Below, in pieces: positions 36,791-49,588 of a stretch of DNA of 56,692 bases. Source of the DNA: Octopus bimaculoides (taxonomy: Eukaryota); assembly GCF_001194135.2 (NCBI RefSeq), contig NC_068991.1, forward strand, positions 37,584,525 through 37,641,216, given 5' to 3'. The translations under genes and the position numbers were made by a program. The notes under the pieces were generated by a model. The model did no database searches, was not told the DNA's origin, and was given only the letters and a program-made list of their open reading frames with translations. Numbering within the stretch: the first letter of the stretch is position 1; every line of letters begins with the position of its first letter.

Positions 36791-38159
36791 TTGGTAGCAT
36801 TGTTCCGAAAATGTGTACCGTGATCTACGTGACACTAGTGTCCTCTTAAGGTTCCTTATCAATGTTTTTCTTTTTTTTTTACACTGCATCTTAATTTAAA
36901 ACAACACCTGTAACCATTCAGACCGTCGCCTCTTCCAACCACTGACTCGAGAAAGTTTTCGTTTATTGTTCTTGCAGGTAATTCACTTTTGTAGATCTGA
37001 TTGTTGCGTGTGTTGACTCATTCGGAAATCTTGTGTCAACCACTCAGACTACTGATGTCCATTCATTAAAGCACTTCTGCTACACAACTACCCCGCCTTT
37101 CATCAAGTCGACACACTATATTCTGGCGTCTTTGTTGACACACTGTGCTGTAAAGCTAATGGTTGATATCAATATTGCAAGATATCAATACTTACTGACT
37201 TATTTCTCTCTTCTACATAATGTGTCATTCTAACAATTAAAACACACACACACTGTAACACATTCGAAGTGAGAAAGAGAAATCGTGGTTAAAGTGTTAA
37301 ACGCCATTTGCATCTATTATTGCTTCTGTTACTACACTTTCGGTAATTATAACAAATAACTAGCCTCATTGCACTTGTAATTGCTGCTGTTGTTGTTGTT
37401 GCTATTGTTATTGTCGTGATGGTTGCAGTTGCAATATAGCACCAGATCAACTCTCTGCTACAGTTTCTCTCTTCTTTCCGCTAAAACAAAACTTTGCAGT
37501 TTCTGCATTCACTGTAGTTTTCTGTTTCTGCAGATATGAAAACATTGGCAGTTATTGTAACTGCTGATCTTATTATAACGAATACAAACACAATTTTTGA
37601 TCTGGGTGTAGTAATAGTAGCACATACTGATCATGTAGTTTCTATTACATTCTCTCTTACTAATGCAGCTATTTCTGCTGTGGGAGGTGCAGCTGGAGAA
37701 GGTATTTCTTGTTTAGTATACTTTTACTTCTCCTGTTAACTGCACTACAAGTGCTTCTACATTTTTGAGCTGTTAGGTACAGATATGTCACTTTCTTAAT
37801 TACAGTTTGCTGACAATTTGGTTCCTGAAGCTATGGTTACCGTGATTACTATAACTTGATGTTGTTTCTGCATCCTCCTTTCCGCTTAACTTGCCAAAGG
37901 CTAACTCAGATATAACACTGTTTGAACATAGTTAGTTAAATACCCTTCACATGACGAAATATTATGATGATGCAGTGAATTGAAAGCCAGAATAGATTCT
38001 TTAGTATATTCACATGGTCATCAGTTCAACCCAGTTATATAAGATGTCCAGATTATCCAATTCCATATCGACGTATCTTCATTCGTAAACATATACATAT
38101 CCACATATAGATACATACGGACAGACAGATAGACTGGTATACATATACATACATATTTC

Positions 38160-38500
38160 TGCGAAGTGCAAACACAAAAGATCTCATATAGTTATTTGGG
38201 TAAGAAAAGAATCATGTCATAAAGGTCAGCTGCTCCGCAGATGTGAATATTTCCTTCCCAAATCAGTGGATGGAGAATATTTATGGAGAACTACTTTGAA
38301 TTCCGCAACTCAACTACTTTGATTATAAACTCCACTTTATACCAATAATTATTGGTGCATATAGTTATGTCAATAAATGTTAAAGAGAAAATCAGGAACA
38401 ACCAGTGTTGTCAGGCAAAGAAAGTGACCGTCGATGACGCACTTTGCAGATAGAATCTAAGGTGAAACGTAAAAATATGTCCGGCTTTTCTAAAGTTCAA
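38160..38500 (+). mobile_element. Second, more decayed copy of the same R4/Dong-like RLE fragment
   Basis: AKCKHKRSHIVIW...VIKVSCSADVNI...ENIYGELL...DYKLHFIPIIIGA...LQIES aligns with the 17326-17510 translation. It is preceded by TACA repeats. Confidence 0.72.
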
Positions 38501-39797
38501 CAAATCACATTAGTATTGTTATCCAAATTCCAATGGTAGAGCTTTGTTTCCTTGATAAAAACCAACCTCTTTGTTGAGGGAAGAATTTAAATAGTCAAAT
38601 GGAGAAAAAAAAACATATGTTACAACATGATACCATCTACCTATGAAGAATGATGTGGTGGCCAAGTACTGTACCTAGAAAGGATAGTTCCAAAGACCAA
38701 AATGTACGATGTAATAATAATAAATTGGGGAAGACTCATTTTAGACAATTCAGAACATATAAAATTTTTACGTTCATTCACGTTTCGCTTATCAATTTTA
38801 CACTGTCTAGAAAAAATTTCACATTTTTGTCTTTGAACAATGAGTGTTTTTTCCTATATGTTTCCAGAAACAAAAGGAAATGACTACTATTCCCTTCAAA
38901 CTTTACTTTTGTGACCTGGACATAAATGTTTTGAAACTTACCTATTTTCTATTACATTTCAGACAAATTCAGCGCTGAGTTGCTGAAGCATAAATATCAT
39001 TATAGCAAATATTCTGCTGAATACCACATATTTGCTTGTTAGTTGCTTGACCTTAACCACTTGAGCGTGTCCCTTAGTGGTTGATAATATGTGCATCTCT
39101 GATCATGAGCAGGAGTAGAGTGGTTCTTTGAGGTTTGAATAAATGTAACAAAAGCAAAGTTTGAAGGAAATAGCTATTTTTTCATACTTTCTAGAGTTAA
39201 GCAAATACGAAATAACAGTTGCGATCCAAGGACATTGAGTAGCAAGTTACACAGTGTTATGATGTGTTAAATTTCTGCGAACTGGTTACTCATAAAGTTT
39301 CAGATGTTATAGAATTGTCTGTGACCAGGTCAGACATTTTAGAGATATTTTATTATTAGAAATCAAGGAAAGTGACTGTAACAGTTTTTCTTAAACATGA
39401 AGAGAATATAGCTGTCTTTGTTGCTGATTGGCTAAAGTAACTTCTTTCACGTTGTACTAGTCTCTGTATCAAAGTATGTATCAAGTCTCTTATTAAACTA
39501 GTACAAGTCTGAAATAAGCAATGTGAGAAAAAGAAAACATCTGTAGCAAACTAATGAGAAATTGTAGATACTACCGTCGGAGACCAAGACATTTCATTGT
39601 TATCTTATATTATTGGAACATGATATGTAAATGTTCAGCGATAAATCTTTAGGAGATGGGCTTCATACCTCAAAATGGACATACATATTTAGGGAATTAG
39701 ATTAAGAAAACAATAATGAAGGCAGTGGTATATAAAGTAAACTTTTGTAAACAGTCTGGCTAAATGGGCTTTCACAATACAAACACTCTCCCGCAAA

Positions 39798-39829
<32 letters not shown>

Positions 39830-40409
39830 NNNNNNNNNNNNNNNNNNNNNNNNNNNNNNNNNNNNNNNNNNNNNNNNNNNNNNNNNNNNNNNNNNNNNNN
39901 NNNNNNNNNNNNNNNNNNNNNNNNNNNNNNNNNNNNNNNNNNNNNNNNNNNNNNNNNNNNNNNNNNNNNNNNNNNNNNNNNNNNNNNNNNNNNNNNNNNN
40001 NNNNNNNNNNNNNNNNNNNNNNNNNNNNNNNNNNNNNNNNNNNNNNNNNNNNNNNNNNNNNNNNNNNNNNNNNNNNNNNNNNNNNNNNNNNNNNNNNNNN
40101 NNNNNNNNNNNNNNNNNNNNNNNNNNNNNNNNNNNNNNNNNNNNNNNNNNNNNNNNNNNNNNNNNNNNNNNNNNNNNNNNNNNNNNNNNNNNNNNNNNNN
40201 NNNNNNNNNNNNNNNNNNNNNNNNNNNNNNNNNNNNNNNNNNNNNNNNNNNNNNNNNNNNNNNNNNNNNNNNNNNNNNNNNNNNNNNNNNNNNNNNNNNN
40301 NNNNNNNNNNNNNNNNNNNNNNNNNNNNNNNNNNNNNNNNNNNNNNNNNNNNNNNNNNNNNNNNNNNNNNNNNNNNNNNNNNNNNNNNNNNNNNNNTATA
40401 TATATATAT

Positions 40410-40525
40410 ATGACGGAATTTTCAGTTTCGTCTACCACGTCCATTCACACGGCTTTGGTCGACCCGAGATTGTAATAGAAGACACATGCCCTTGGAAAGC
40501 AAGGTTCTAACCAGAGAGCCATGCC
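40410..40525 (-). mobile_element. SINE family A, 5' half fragment
   Basis: tgacggaattttcagtttcgtctacc...ggctttggtcgacccgag...gaagacacatgccc homology. Confidence 0.7.
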
Positions 40526-42207
40526 TTCGATTCTTAGATTTTTTCTCGTTTCCTTTTCTCGTATTTTTTCCTCAGTTTTCTTTAGAGAGAAGCCATATTG
40601 TTTTAAGTAAGAACAATAGGAGAGTAAGTACGCTATACATTACTGCACTTTACAAACGTGAAACATCAAGTAGCTCTTGTATAATACCAGCATTCCATAA
40701 ATGATATTTATTTCTCATTCAGTGCTTTTTTGATTATCCTATCAACAAGCGAATAGCACACGACACACTTACGCGCGCGCACACACACACACAATAAGAC
40801 ACATGTATCTAGCTACATCTATCTGTCCATATGTGTATGTGAGTAAGTGTTTGTGCGTGCGTGTCTGCCTCTGTGTGTGTGTGAGTGTGTGTGTGTGCAA
40901 GGAGCAATTTTTGCGTAGATAAGACTGCTCACCACAGTTTGGATTATAAAATGTCGCCGTATGACTACAAAAGTTCGAAATATTGTGAAATATTCTATAC
41001 AACTGAAGTTACTTGAAAGTGATAGTCTGACGCAATAATAATTATTCCACAAGGAACTTTATTAAATTACAAGCAACAGGATAAATACAACTTTGCTTGT
41101 TAATGAGTGAAACCCCTAGGTGAACAATTGTTTCGGTCAGTGGATGGTGGTGAAGCCGACAAATTTCTTCAGCTGAAACTTTCATTTTTGTCAGATTGAT
41201 TTGCTCTCGGTGCTCTAAATAGGGAGAAAGCTCTTGTCAGTGGTCCATTTCTCAGCACTATGCACAATTATATTTAAAACATACTTAAGAAAATAGATAT
41301 GTATTAGTTTTTTTTCGGTATGGTCACTTTTAGGCTCTACGCTATTGTATTTTCTATTAAACTGTATCCGCCATTTTAGATCATTAGATAAGTATCATTA
41401 TGAATGATTACTTATAGCTTCCATCGTCAATAATTCTCTCAAATAAACGGAAACATTTCATTTTCGTCTTTTTTACCACTATTTATACATCTGCAGTTAC
41501 TTAATATTTTCTGTTTACAGAGCATTGTTATCTTAACGGGCTCTGAACTCTTCCAATTGGAGTTCTTCACGCAGTGTTATTTCCCCAGCTTCCTTCATTC
41601 TTCTCCTTTCAACTAGCAATCGATATTGTAGCTGCTCTCGTTAAAACTCATGCTTACATCACTTTGAATATATCTCATTGGCGACAACACACTGGACTAA
41701 AAGCACTAATTCAATTTTCTTTTATTCTCCACTCTATAAACATTCACGACGTTATCTTTTACATTATCAAACCAACAAAACCAGAGACGACTCTACAACA
41801 CGCCAGCCACATCACTGCTATATTATCCACATAAAGTTAACTGACCAACACGGACTACGTACCTGAGATTCTTCCACACAGTTATTTCCTACTATTGAAC
41901 TTAGGTTTGATGTTAGTTACAACACCTAAGACATGTAATGTATTAAGCTAAAATGGCAACAAATTGCTTTTATCTTTAACCGACCATCACCATTCTGTAT
42001 CATGACACATATCCTTTCATTTGACATTATTAAATCTGGAACGGAATCAACGCAACATGATTCATTCCATCGATAGAGAACCGATATTTCAAGATGGCTG
42101 TCATTCAACTTAAACACAGCAATACTTTATTGTAGATGTGTGTGTGTGTTTGTGCATATGCATTTGGTGGATATAGAGAAAGAAAGCACGTTAAAATATG
42201 TCTTGGT

Positions 42208-42285
<78 letters not shown>

Positions 42286-42629
42286 CGTTTGTGTGTGCGT
42301 GTGTGTTTAATAATATTTATCGGAAGCAAGAGTGACTTACGGGAGGAGAGTTGGCACTTATGAAACTCAGAGTTTGATAAGTGCCAACGCACGAAACTCT
42401 TGGCCCTTGAGTCACTCTGTTGCTTCAAGTAAAAATTAACAAAAAATATACATATACTCATATTTTGAGTTCTGTCTTTCCTGTTTGCACCAACATGCCT
42501 ATATATGTGTGTGTGTGCGTCTGTGTGTATGTGTATGTGTATGGAGTGTAAGAGCAGGAGATGCATGCACACACACACACACACATATATACGCACATAC
42601 ATATATATGTATACACATATATATAAGTG

Positions 42630-43010
42630 TAGGTGCGCTAGCCCATGCATCTTTTTGAGTGTCAAAGAATTCATGTTTATGTTTCGTAAAAACAGATCTT
42701 TAATACAGTCAACCGATTTACTTCTAGAGAGCCAAGCCATCCTTCAATTGATGATCTTTGATTGGCTTCATCGATTGGAGAGTTTTACCGTTTATGCCTT
42801 GTCCAATGGTATTTGTTGAATATGTGAAAAAAGCTACGAAGTATGTTGGTCTCCTTTCACTAGAAACGTATACAACATAGCAGCAACACTTTTGATGTAT
42901 TTCGATAGTGGAATATGTGGCTTGCCTGGTGCTGGTCGTAGTATGACTACAATCTTCTCTAGGGGGATTGTAAATCCATAACTCACCACAAGCTGCTGAA
43001 AAGCAGTTAT
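42630..43010 (-). mobile_element. Highly decayed RTE-clade LINE RT fragment
   Basis: Frameshifted pieces FSAACGE..., EKIVVILRPAPGKPHIP, RPT and RMAW...LFLRNINMNSL...GLAH resemble the RTE RT C-terminal motif order. Confidence 0.5.
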
Positions 43011-43848
43011 TAATCTGGAAATTGTGTAGTTGTGAAATTACTATTGATATATAAATATCCTATTGTTTTCATTTTCAAAATATATAAGGATGAGGAAATG
43101 TATATGGAGATGGTCATATAATTAAAATTAAACGTTTATTTACCAACTAAATGCTAGAACTTTCTTGATTACATTTATTTTTATACAAGCTATTCATAGA
43201 TGATCAGTTATTCAGAAGATATATTCTCAATAACGGTTGACACTGCACTTCATTTGATACAGTCAAAGGATCGGAAGAGAGATGCCACAATATCATTCCT
43301 TGCTAGCACATGGAAGCAGACTTATCTGCATGTTTTCATTTCCTCCCCGGTCCTTTTCAGTTTTAACAAATGTTCTTCGTCCTAGCCCAGTTTAATTGAC
43401 ATATCTAATAGGATCAAAATGACATGGAGTTTCTGATTACAATCACCAGCTGAATAGTCAGTTGTGTAAAATAAGCAGAGTACTTTTTATTAGAACATTA
43501 CAAATGAAATAACAAAATGAGACAGAAAATGCTTTAGAAATGAAATGAGATAAAAGGAAAGATAGGAAAGAAAGAAGCCATATTTTCATTGTCATACACA
43601 CCGTTGTAAAATGAAACCCTTTTTGTTCGTTCGTTATAAATCATTATTGTGACTTTTCTGGTAATTACGTATTGTGCTGATGCCATGACACCATTAGCCA
43701 GTACCTGGGCGATACCTGATGGACGATTGGAAACCCGTGATTACACATCACACACACAAACACACTCACATGCATACATACACACACACACACACACACA
43801 TACACACACACTTATGTACATATGTGTGTGTCTATATATATATGTTTA

Positions 43849-43885
<37 letters not shown>

Positions 43886-44413
43886 GTGTGTGTGTGTATA
43901 CATGCATAGACAAACATATACATACACACACAACCAGAGAAAGAAAAACTCCCACAAACGGAGAAAGAGAGAAGGTGGCTGGAGAAGAAGGAGATAAAAA
44001 TACGTGTGAAATGAGAAAGAGAACCCGAATGTTAAAGAGAACAACGTGAAGATCCCGTGTTCGTATCCACTGAATTGTATTCATCGTATTAAAAACAACA
44101 GAATGACTTTTCATTTAGAAGAGTAAGGTTTATTCGAGATGTCATGCAGACATCTCGAATAAACTTACTTACAATCCAGGAGATGGCTCACATCATCTAT
44201 ATCAGTCTGTTATTTCACAGCTATAAAGCTAGGATTAAAAAAAGTTGCAATTTTTCGGTGACTAAAATGAAGTCCAAAAGTAGGGGTTCATCCTCCAGTG
44301 TGAAGCGATTCGCTGCTCTTGCTTCACATATTCCCTCAGTGGCACACATACACACGCGCGTGCGTGCGTGCATATATGTTTGTGTGAGTATATGCAATGT
44401 ATATAACTATCAC

Positions 44414-44803
44414 AGTGGAGGCGCAATGGCCCAGTAGTTAGGGCAGCGGACTCGCGGTCATAGGATCGCGGTTTCGATTCCCAGACCGGGCGTTGTGAGT
44501 GTTTATTGAGCAAAAACACCTAAAGCTCCACGAGACTCCGGCAGGGGATGGTGGCGAACCCTGCTGTACTCTTTCACCACAACTTTCTCTCACTCAGGCT
44601 TCCTGTTTCTGTTGTGCCTGTATTTCGAAGGGTCAGCCTTGTCACACTGTGTCACGCTGAATATCCCCGAGAACTACGTTAAGGGTACACGTGTCTGTGG
44701 AGTGCTCAGCCACTTGCACGTTAATTTCACGAGCACGCTGTTCCGTTGATCGGATCAACTGGAACCATCGACGTCGTAAGCGACGGAGTGCCAGCAACAA
44801 CAA
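44414..44803 (+). mobile_element. SINE family C, full length with 11-bp TSD
   Basis: The tRNA-like head is ggaggcgcaatggcccagtagttagg...ggtttcgattccc and the tail is (CAA)n. ATAACTATCAC is duplicated at 44403-44413 and 44804-44814. Confidence 0.92.
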
Positions 44804-44885
44804 ATAACTATCACTATCAGCCCTGGGTTTACTTCTTGCATTCATTCTCCCTCTATGCACGGAAACACACACACACCTGTGTACA

Positions 44886-44932
<47 letters not shown>

Positions 44933-45254
44933 AATGCACATATACGCACATATACATTTATTTGTATATGTGTGTGTGTCTGTGTATGAACACATGCATG
45001 CGTGCATTCACTTAGAATCGAGTGAATTTATCAACGATGGTGACATGACAAGCCCTAAGTAATCAGAAAAAAAAGTAAATAAATAAAATGAAACATCCAG
45101 CAACAATTACATGATACGAAGACGACAAAAAAAGAAAAACGACATCAAGAAGTAAATGTGATCAGGAGCAAAAAAAAAGAAAGAGAGAAAACAAAACAAG
45201 AATAATTAGAAAAAAATACATACTGATGTTAGCAATAATAGTATTAATAGTAGT

Positions 45255-45267
45255 AATTATGATGATA

Positions 45268-45313
<46 letters not shown>

Positions 45314-45368
45314 CGACGACGACGACAACAACAACAACGACAACAACAACAACAACAACAACAACAGC

Positions 45369-45424
<56 letters not shown>

Positions 45425-45475
45425 GGATGATGACGATGATGACGTTGATGACGTTGATGATAATAATAATAGGCA
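45255..45475 (+). repeat. Compound trinucleotide microsatellite (GAT)n-(GAC)n-(AAC)n-(AAT)n-(GAT)n
   Basis: Directly visible in the sequence. Confidence 0.97.
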
Positions 45476-46053
45476 AAAAAATAACGATGATGAAGATCAC
45501 AGTAATACGAGACCCTTTCTCAATAACATATTAAACGAAAACAACACTAACAGCAACAACAACAAACACTACAAAAGCAATAATGAAGCAAAGCAAAATC
45601 CGAAGCATCGATAACAACATTACTAACTAAATGAGGATCACTTCCGTTATGTATTCAATTTGAAAATACCATTAACATTGCATTGCTGCCGACGGATGTA
45701 ACTGAGCATGCTGTGAGTAACAAACTTCCGGTTAGGTTCACTTCCGTCCGCCTTTGCTTAAACATCTTGTAATGTGCCGTCATTGTTCCTGTTGACTGTC
45801 TCTTTAACAGGGGTAGCGGATGATGGGGGTGGCTACGGACTGTTGTCGAGCTGCTTTATAATAGCATTGTATCCCTACGCTCTATGCTGATTGTTTGTTA
45901 TATATATATATATAGTAAAAATACTATTAAAAAAATAATGAAATAACAAATATAAACAAAAGTGTGCTTTTCACGTAAAGAGAATTTAAGTATGTAGATA
46001 TATGTATGCTATGCATACATATATATTTGCATGTAGGTGTGTATTTATGTATA

Positions 46054-46099
<46 letters not shown>

Positions 46100-46162
46100 N
46101 NNNNNNNNNNNNNNNNNNNNNNNNNNNNNNNNNNNNNNNNNNNNNNNNNNNNNNNNNNNNNN

Positions 46163-46211
<49 letters not shown>

Positions 46212-46754
46212 ACACACATAGTAGATAGATGCGCACGACCTTTGACAAGATGTTAATTACAAAGAGTGCACAACGACTAAATAGGTAGTCATTGCTACGT
46301 CGTTGCACCTAAGTGATTTTAACAAACACGAAGAATGAACTCCAATTGTTACACTTGTTGTGTGTGCGTGTGCGCGCGAGTGTGCGTATGTATGTACAAA
46401 GATATATGCATTGAAAAGGAACACAAAACGTTAAGCAGTATCTATGCTTTATATAATATACACGTGTTTCTGCAAACAAACTACCGTTAAAACAAGACTA
46501 TAAGCCCTATTCCGCAACAATGTAGCCGGCTTACTTCATCAGTATTAATAACAAAAATGCAACACAAAGAACAATAGATGTCCTTATATACACAAGTATG
46601 CAAAACGTACATTTACGTCATCATAGAATAGAAAAGGAAAGGGAAGATGACCTGGGGGTAGACCAAGGACGAGATAATCAAATAATAATCAAATCGTTAT
46701 GCGAGCTTAATTTCATTCGATTCCTTTAGAGAATCGTTTATATATAGATACCAA

Positions 46755-46882
46755 CCAGTATGTGGTAAGATATTTGCTTCCCAACCACATGGACACCTTG
46801 GACAACTGTCTTCTACTATAGCCTCGGGCCGACTAAAGCGCTGTGAGTGGATTTGGCAGACGGAAACTGAAGGAAGCCCGTC

Positions 46883-46916
<34 letters not shown>

Positions 46917-47585
46917 TGAATATTTTCTTTTATTCGTTTACTTGTTTCAGTCGTTTGACTGCAGGCCATGCTGGAGCCCCGCCTTGAGTCGAACAAATCT
47001 ACCCCAGGACTTATTCTTTGCATACCTAGTCCTTATTTTATCTGCTACTTTTGCCGAACCGGTATGTTACGGGCACGTAAACACACCAGCATCGNNNNNN
47101 NNNNNNNNNNNNNNNNNNNNNNNNNNNNNNNNNNNNNNNNNNNNNNNNNNNNNNNNNNNNNNNNNNNNNNNNNNNNNNNNNNNNNNNNNNNNNNNATATA
47201 TATATATATACACGACGGGCTTCTTTCAGTTTCCATCTACCAAATCCACTCACAAGCAAGGCTTTGGTCGGTCCGAGGCTGTAGTAGAAGACACTTACCC
47301 AATGTATATACTTATGTTTGTGTGTGTATTTGTATCTATGTTTGCCCCTCCACCACCACCACCACCACCACCATCGCTTCACAGCCGGTGTTGGTATGTT
47401 TGCTTCTCCCTAACATAGCGGCTCGGCAAAGAGACCAATAAAATCAATACTAGGCTTACAAAAATAATAATAATGATAATAAAATAATAAATACTGAAGG
47501 CAATTTATTCGACTAAAGAAATTTCAAGGCGGTGCCCCAGCATGGCCACAATCTAATGAATGAAAAAAGTAAAACATAAAAGATA
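46755..47585. mobile_element. Nested SINE family A: plus-strand copy (46755-46890 + 47311-47585) split by a minus-strand copy (46925-47305)
   Basis: The 5' and 3' halves of the plus copy are separated at its internal microsatellite by an antisense, head-truncated copy. Confidence 0.8.
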
Positions 47586-48064
47586 TATATAAATGTACAC
47601 ACGAACATGCATGCAGACACACGCTCATCCCACACACACCGACAACACATCAATGGAGGACGGAGCTGCGCAGGTTTATAGCTAATTATAGAGTGAATAT
47701 GTAAGTGTCCGAACTAGCGCTTGCTTCGTAAGCATTATTCTCAGGTAGAATCTTTTCGACACAGTGTATGACAATATTCGTAGTTAATTGCCGGTCGAAT
47801 ATATTCGATGGATTCCATACAGCAACCGACAACCCATATCTAGTCACAAAGCTTCACTCGATATGGGCATTCCAAACCACGGCTGCTCCAGCCTATCCCA
47901 CACCCACACAAGCGAGGAAACTAAGAAAATGGTGGTATTTCGTCGTTGCTGACAAGAATGACATTACGTTCGCCGCAATGAATGAGCAATCGTCTATTTT
48001 TAGCTGCATGAAACAATCATCTTGGCTGTGGTTGGATAAAAAGTGCATTGATATTATCAGGCAA

Positions 48065-48250
48065 ATGAATTAGGAGCATTTTGTTCGTCTTTACGTTCTG
48101 AGTTCAAATTCCGCTGAGGTCGGCTTTGTTTTCCATCATTTTGTGGTTGATAAAATAAGTACAGCTGAGCTCTGGGGTTGATGTAATCGACTAACCCCCT
48201 CCCCGAAATTGCTGGCTTTATGCTAAACTTTGAAACTGATATAACCAGCA
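48065..48250 (+). mobile_element. SINE family B, 5'-truncated
   Basis: ctgagttcaaattccgctgaggtcggc...gataaaataagtacag...gatgtaatcgact homology. Confidence 0.82.
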
Positions 48251-48825
48251 CATCAAACTTTATACCGATAAACGCTTGTGCGACACAAGTGCCTCGCATT
48301 AAAAGATTGAAGCCATTAAACTAGCAATAAGCAAAAAGAGAGAAGATGGCTAGAGACTGCAAACGCTGCAGGTTTCAAGTGACAGAGTCATGAATCGCCT
48401 TTTATGACACAGTTGCAAAAGCATCTTCCTCGCCAGTAAATCTTGATGGGGCTGCTAGTTTGGATGCCGACAACCCAAACATGTACAGGTTGTTTTGGCT
48501 TAAATGGCTGCCTCTAGCACGAGTCAAGTTATACAAATACTCAAATCCAGACACTCACACGCGTGCGCACACACACACACGCAGACAGACAGACAGACAC
48601 ACACACACACACACATACACAAACACACATATACGTACACACACGTGAATAGTTATGGTGTAGTGTGACTGAAAAAAACGCATCAATGAAAATTGCTGAT
48701 CTCCCTCCGAAACATATTGCGCGCACACACGCACAGACACGCACACACGCACATACGCAAACACACATGTATATGCGTGTCTAAATGTTTGTATTTATAT
48801 ATTTGTGTATTTGTATGTATGTATG

Positions 48826-48872
<47 letters not shown>

Positions 48873-49530
48873 CTATTTACATACATGTTAGGTATATATA
48901 CGGGTAGTATAGTTTCTATATGTGTATACTGTAAACTTAAGTGCATATATAATTGTATGTTTGCGATACAATCGTATATGTGTTCATAACCCATCTGCTA
49001 TGTCCAACTTGAAACTAAATTTCTACGCAACATTGCCGCCATCAAAAAATGTCAATTATGTCAGCAGGTTTCTGAACCCAATGAAAAACAATTTGGCTCT
49101 GATATATTATTCATATGTACATTTTTATATGTGTTAATTTAGTATATTGCGCATTCATGTGCCTGAATGAGTGAGTGAGTGAGTGAGTGAGTGAGTGAGT
49201 GAGTGAGTGAGTGAGTGAGTGAATGAGAGAGTGAGTGAGAGAGTGAGTGAGTACATGCTCGCGTAGTATGAGTATTAGCGTTTATACATATGGGTGAATA
49301 CGTGAAATATATTGTGCATAAACACACACATGTATGTATATATATGTGCATATACAAATATATATATATATATATGTGCATGTGTGTGTTTGTATATATA
49401 TATATGTATACATGTCTGTAAAACTCATGTATTCAAATCAATAATTTTATTATTATTGATATTTATATGATTCTATATTGCATATAAACGCACTCAAATA
49501 TATGTGTGAGTGTATGTGAATGTATGTGTG

Positions 49531-49588
<58 letters not shown>

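Noticed and set aside
37534-37701. Possible 168-nt exon (ctgcag| ... aag|gtattt)
   Set aside because: The only open frame gives an unrecognisable low-complexity peptide within decayed trinucleotide-like sequence, and there are no partner exons.
45815-45892. C/D-box snoRNA-like ends (ATGATGG ... CTGA)
   Set aside because: The C box is imperfect, and there is no terminal stem or recognisable guide.
47768-48073. 101-aa ORF in unique sequence
   Set aside because: It has no recognisable domain or convincing splice context, and its length is within chance expectation.
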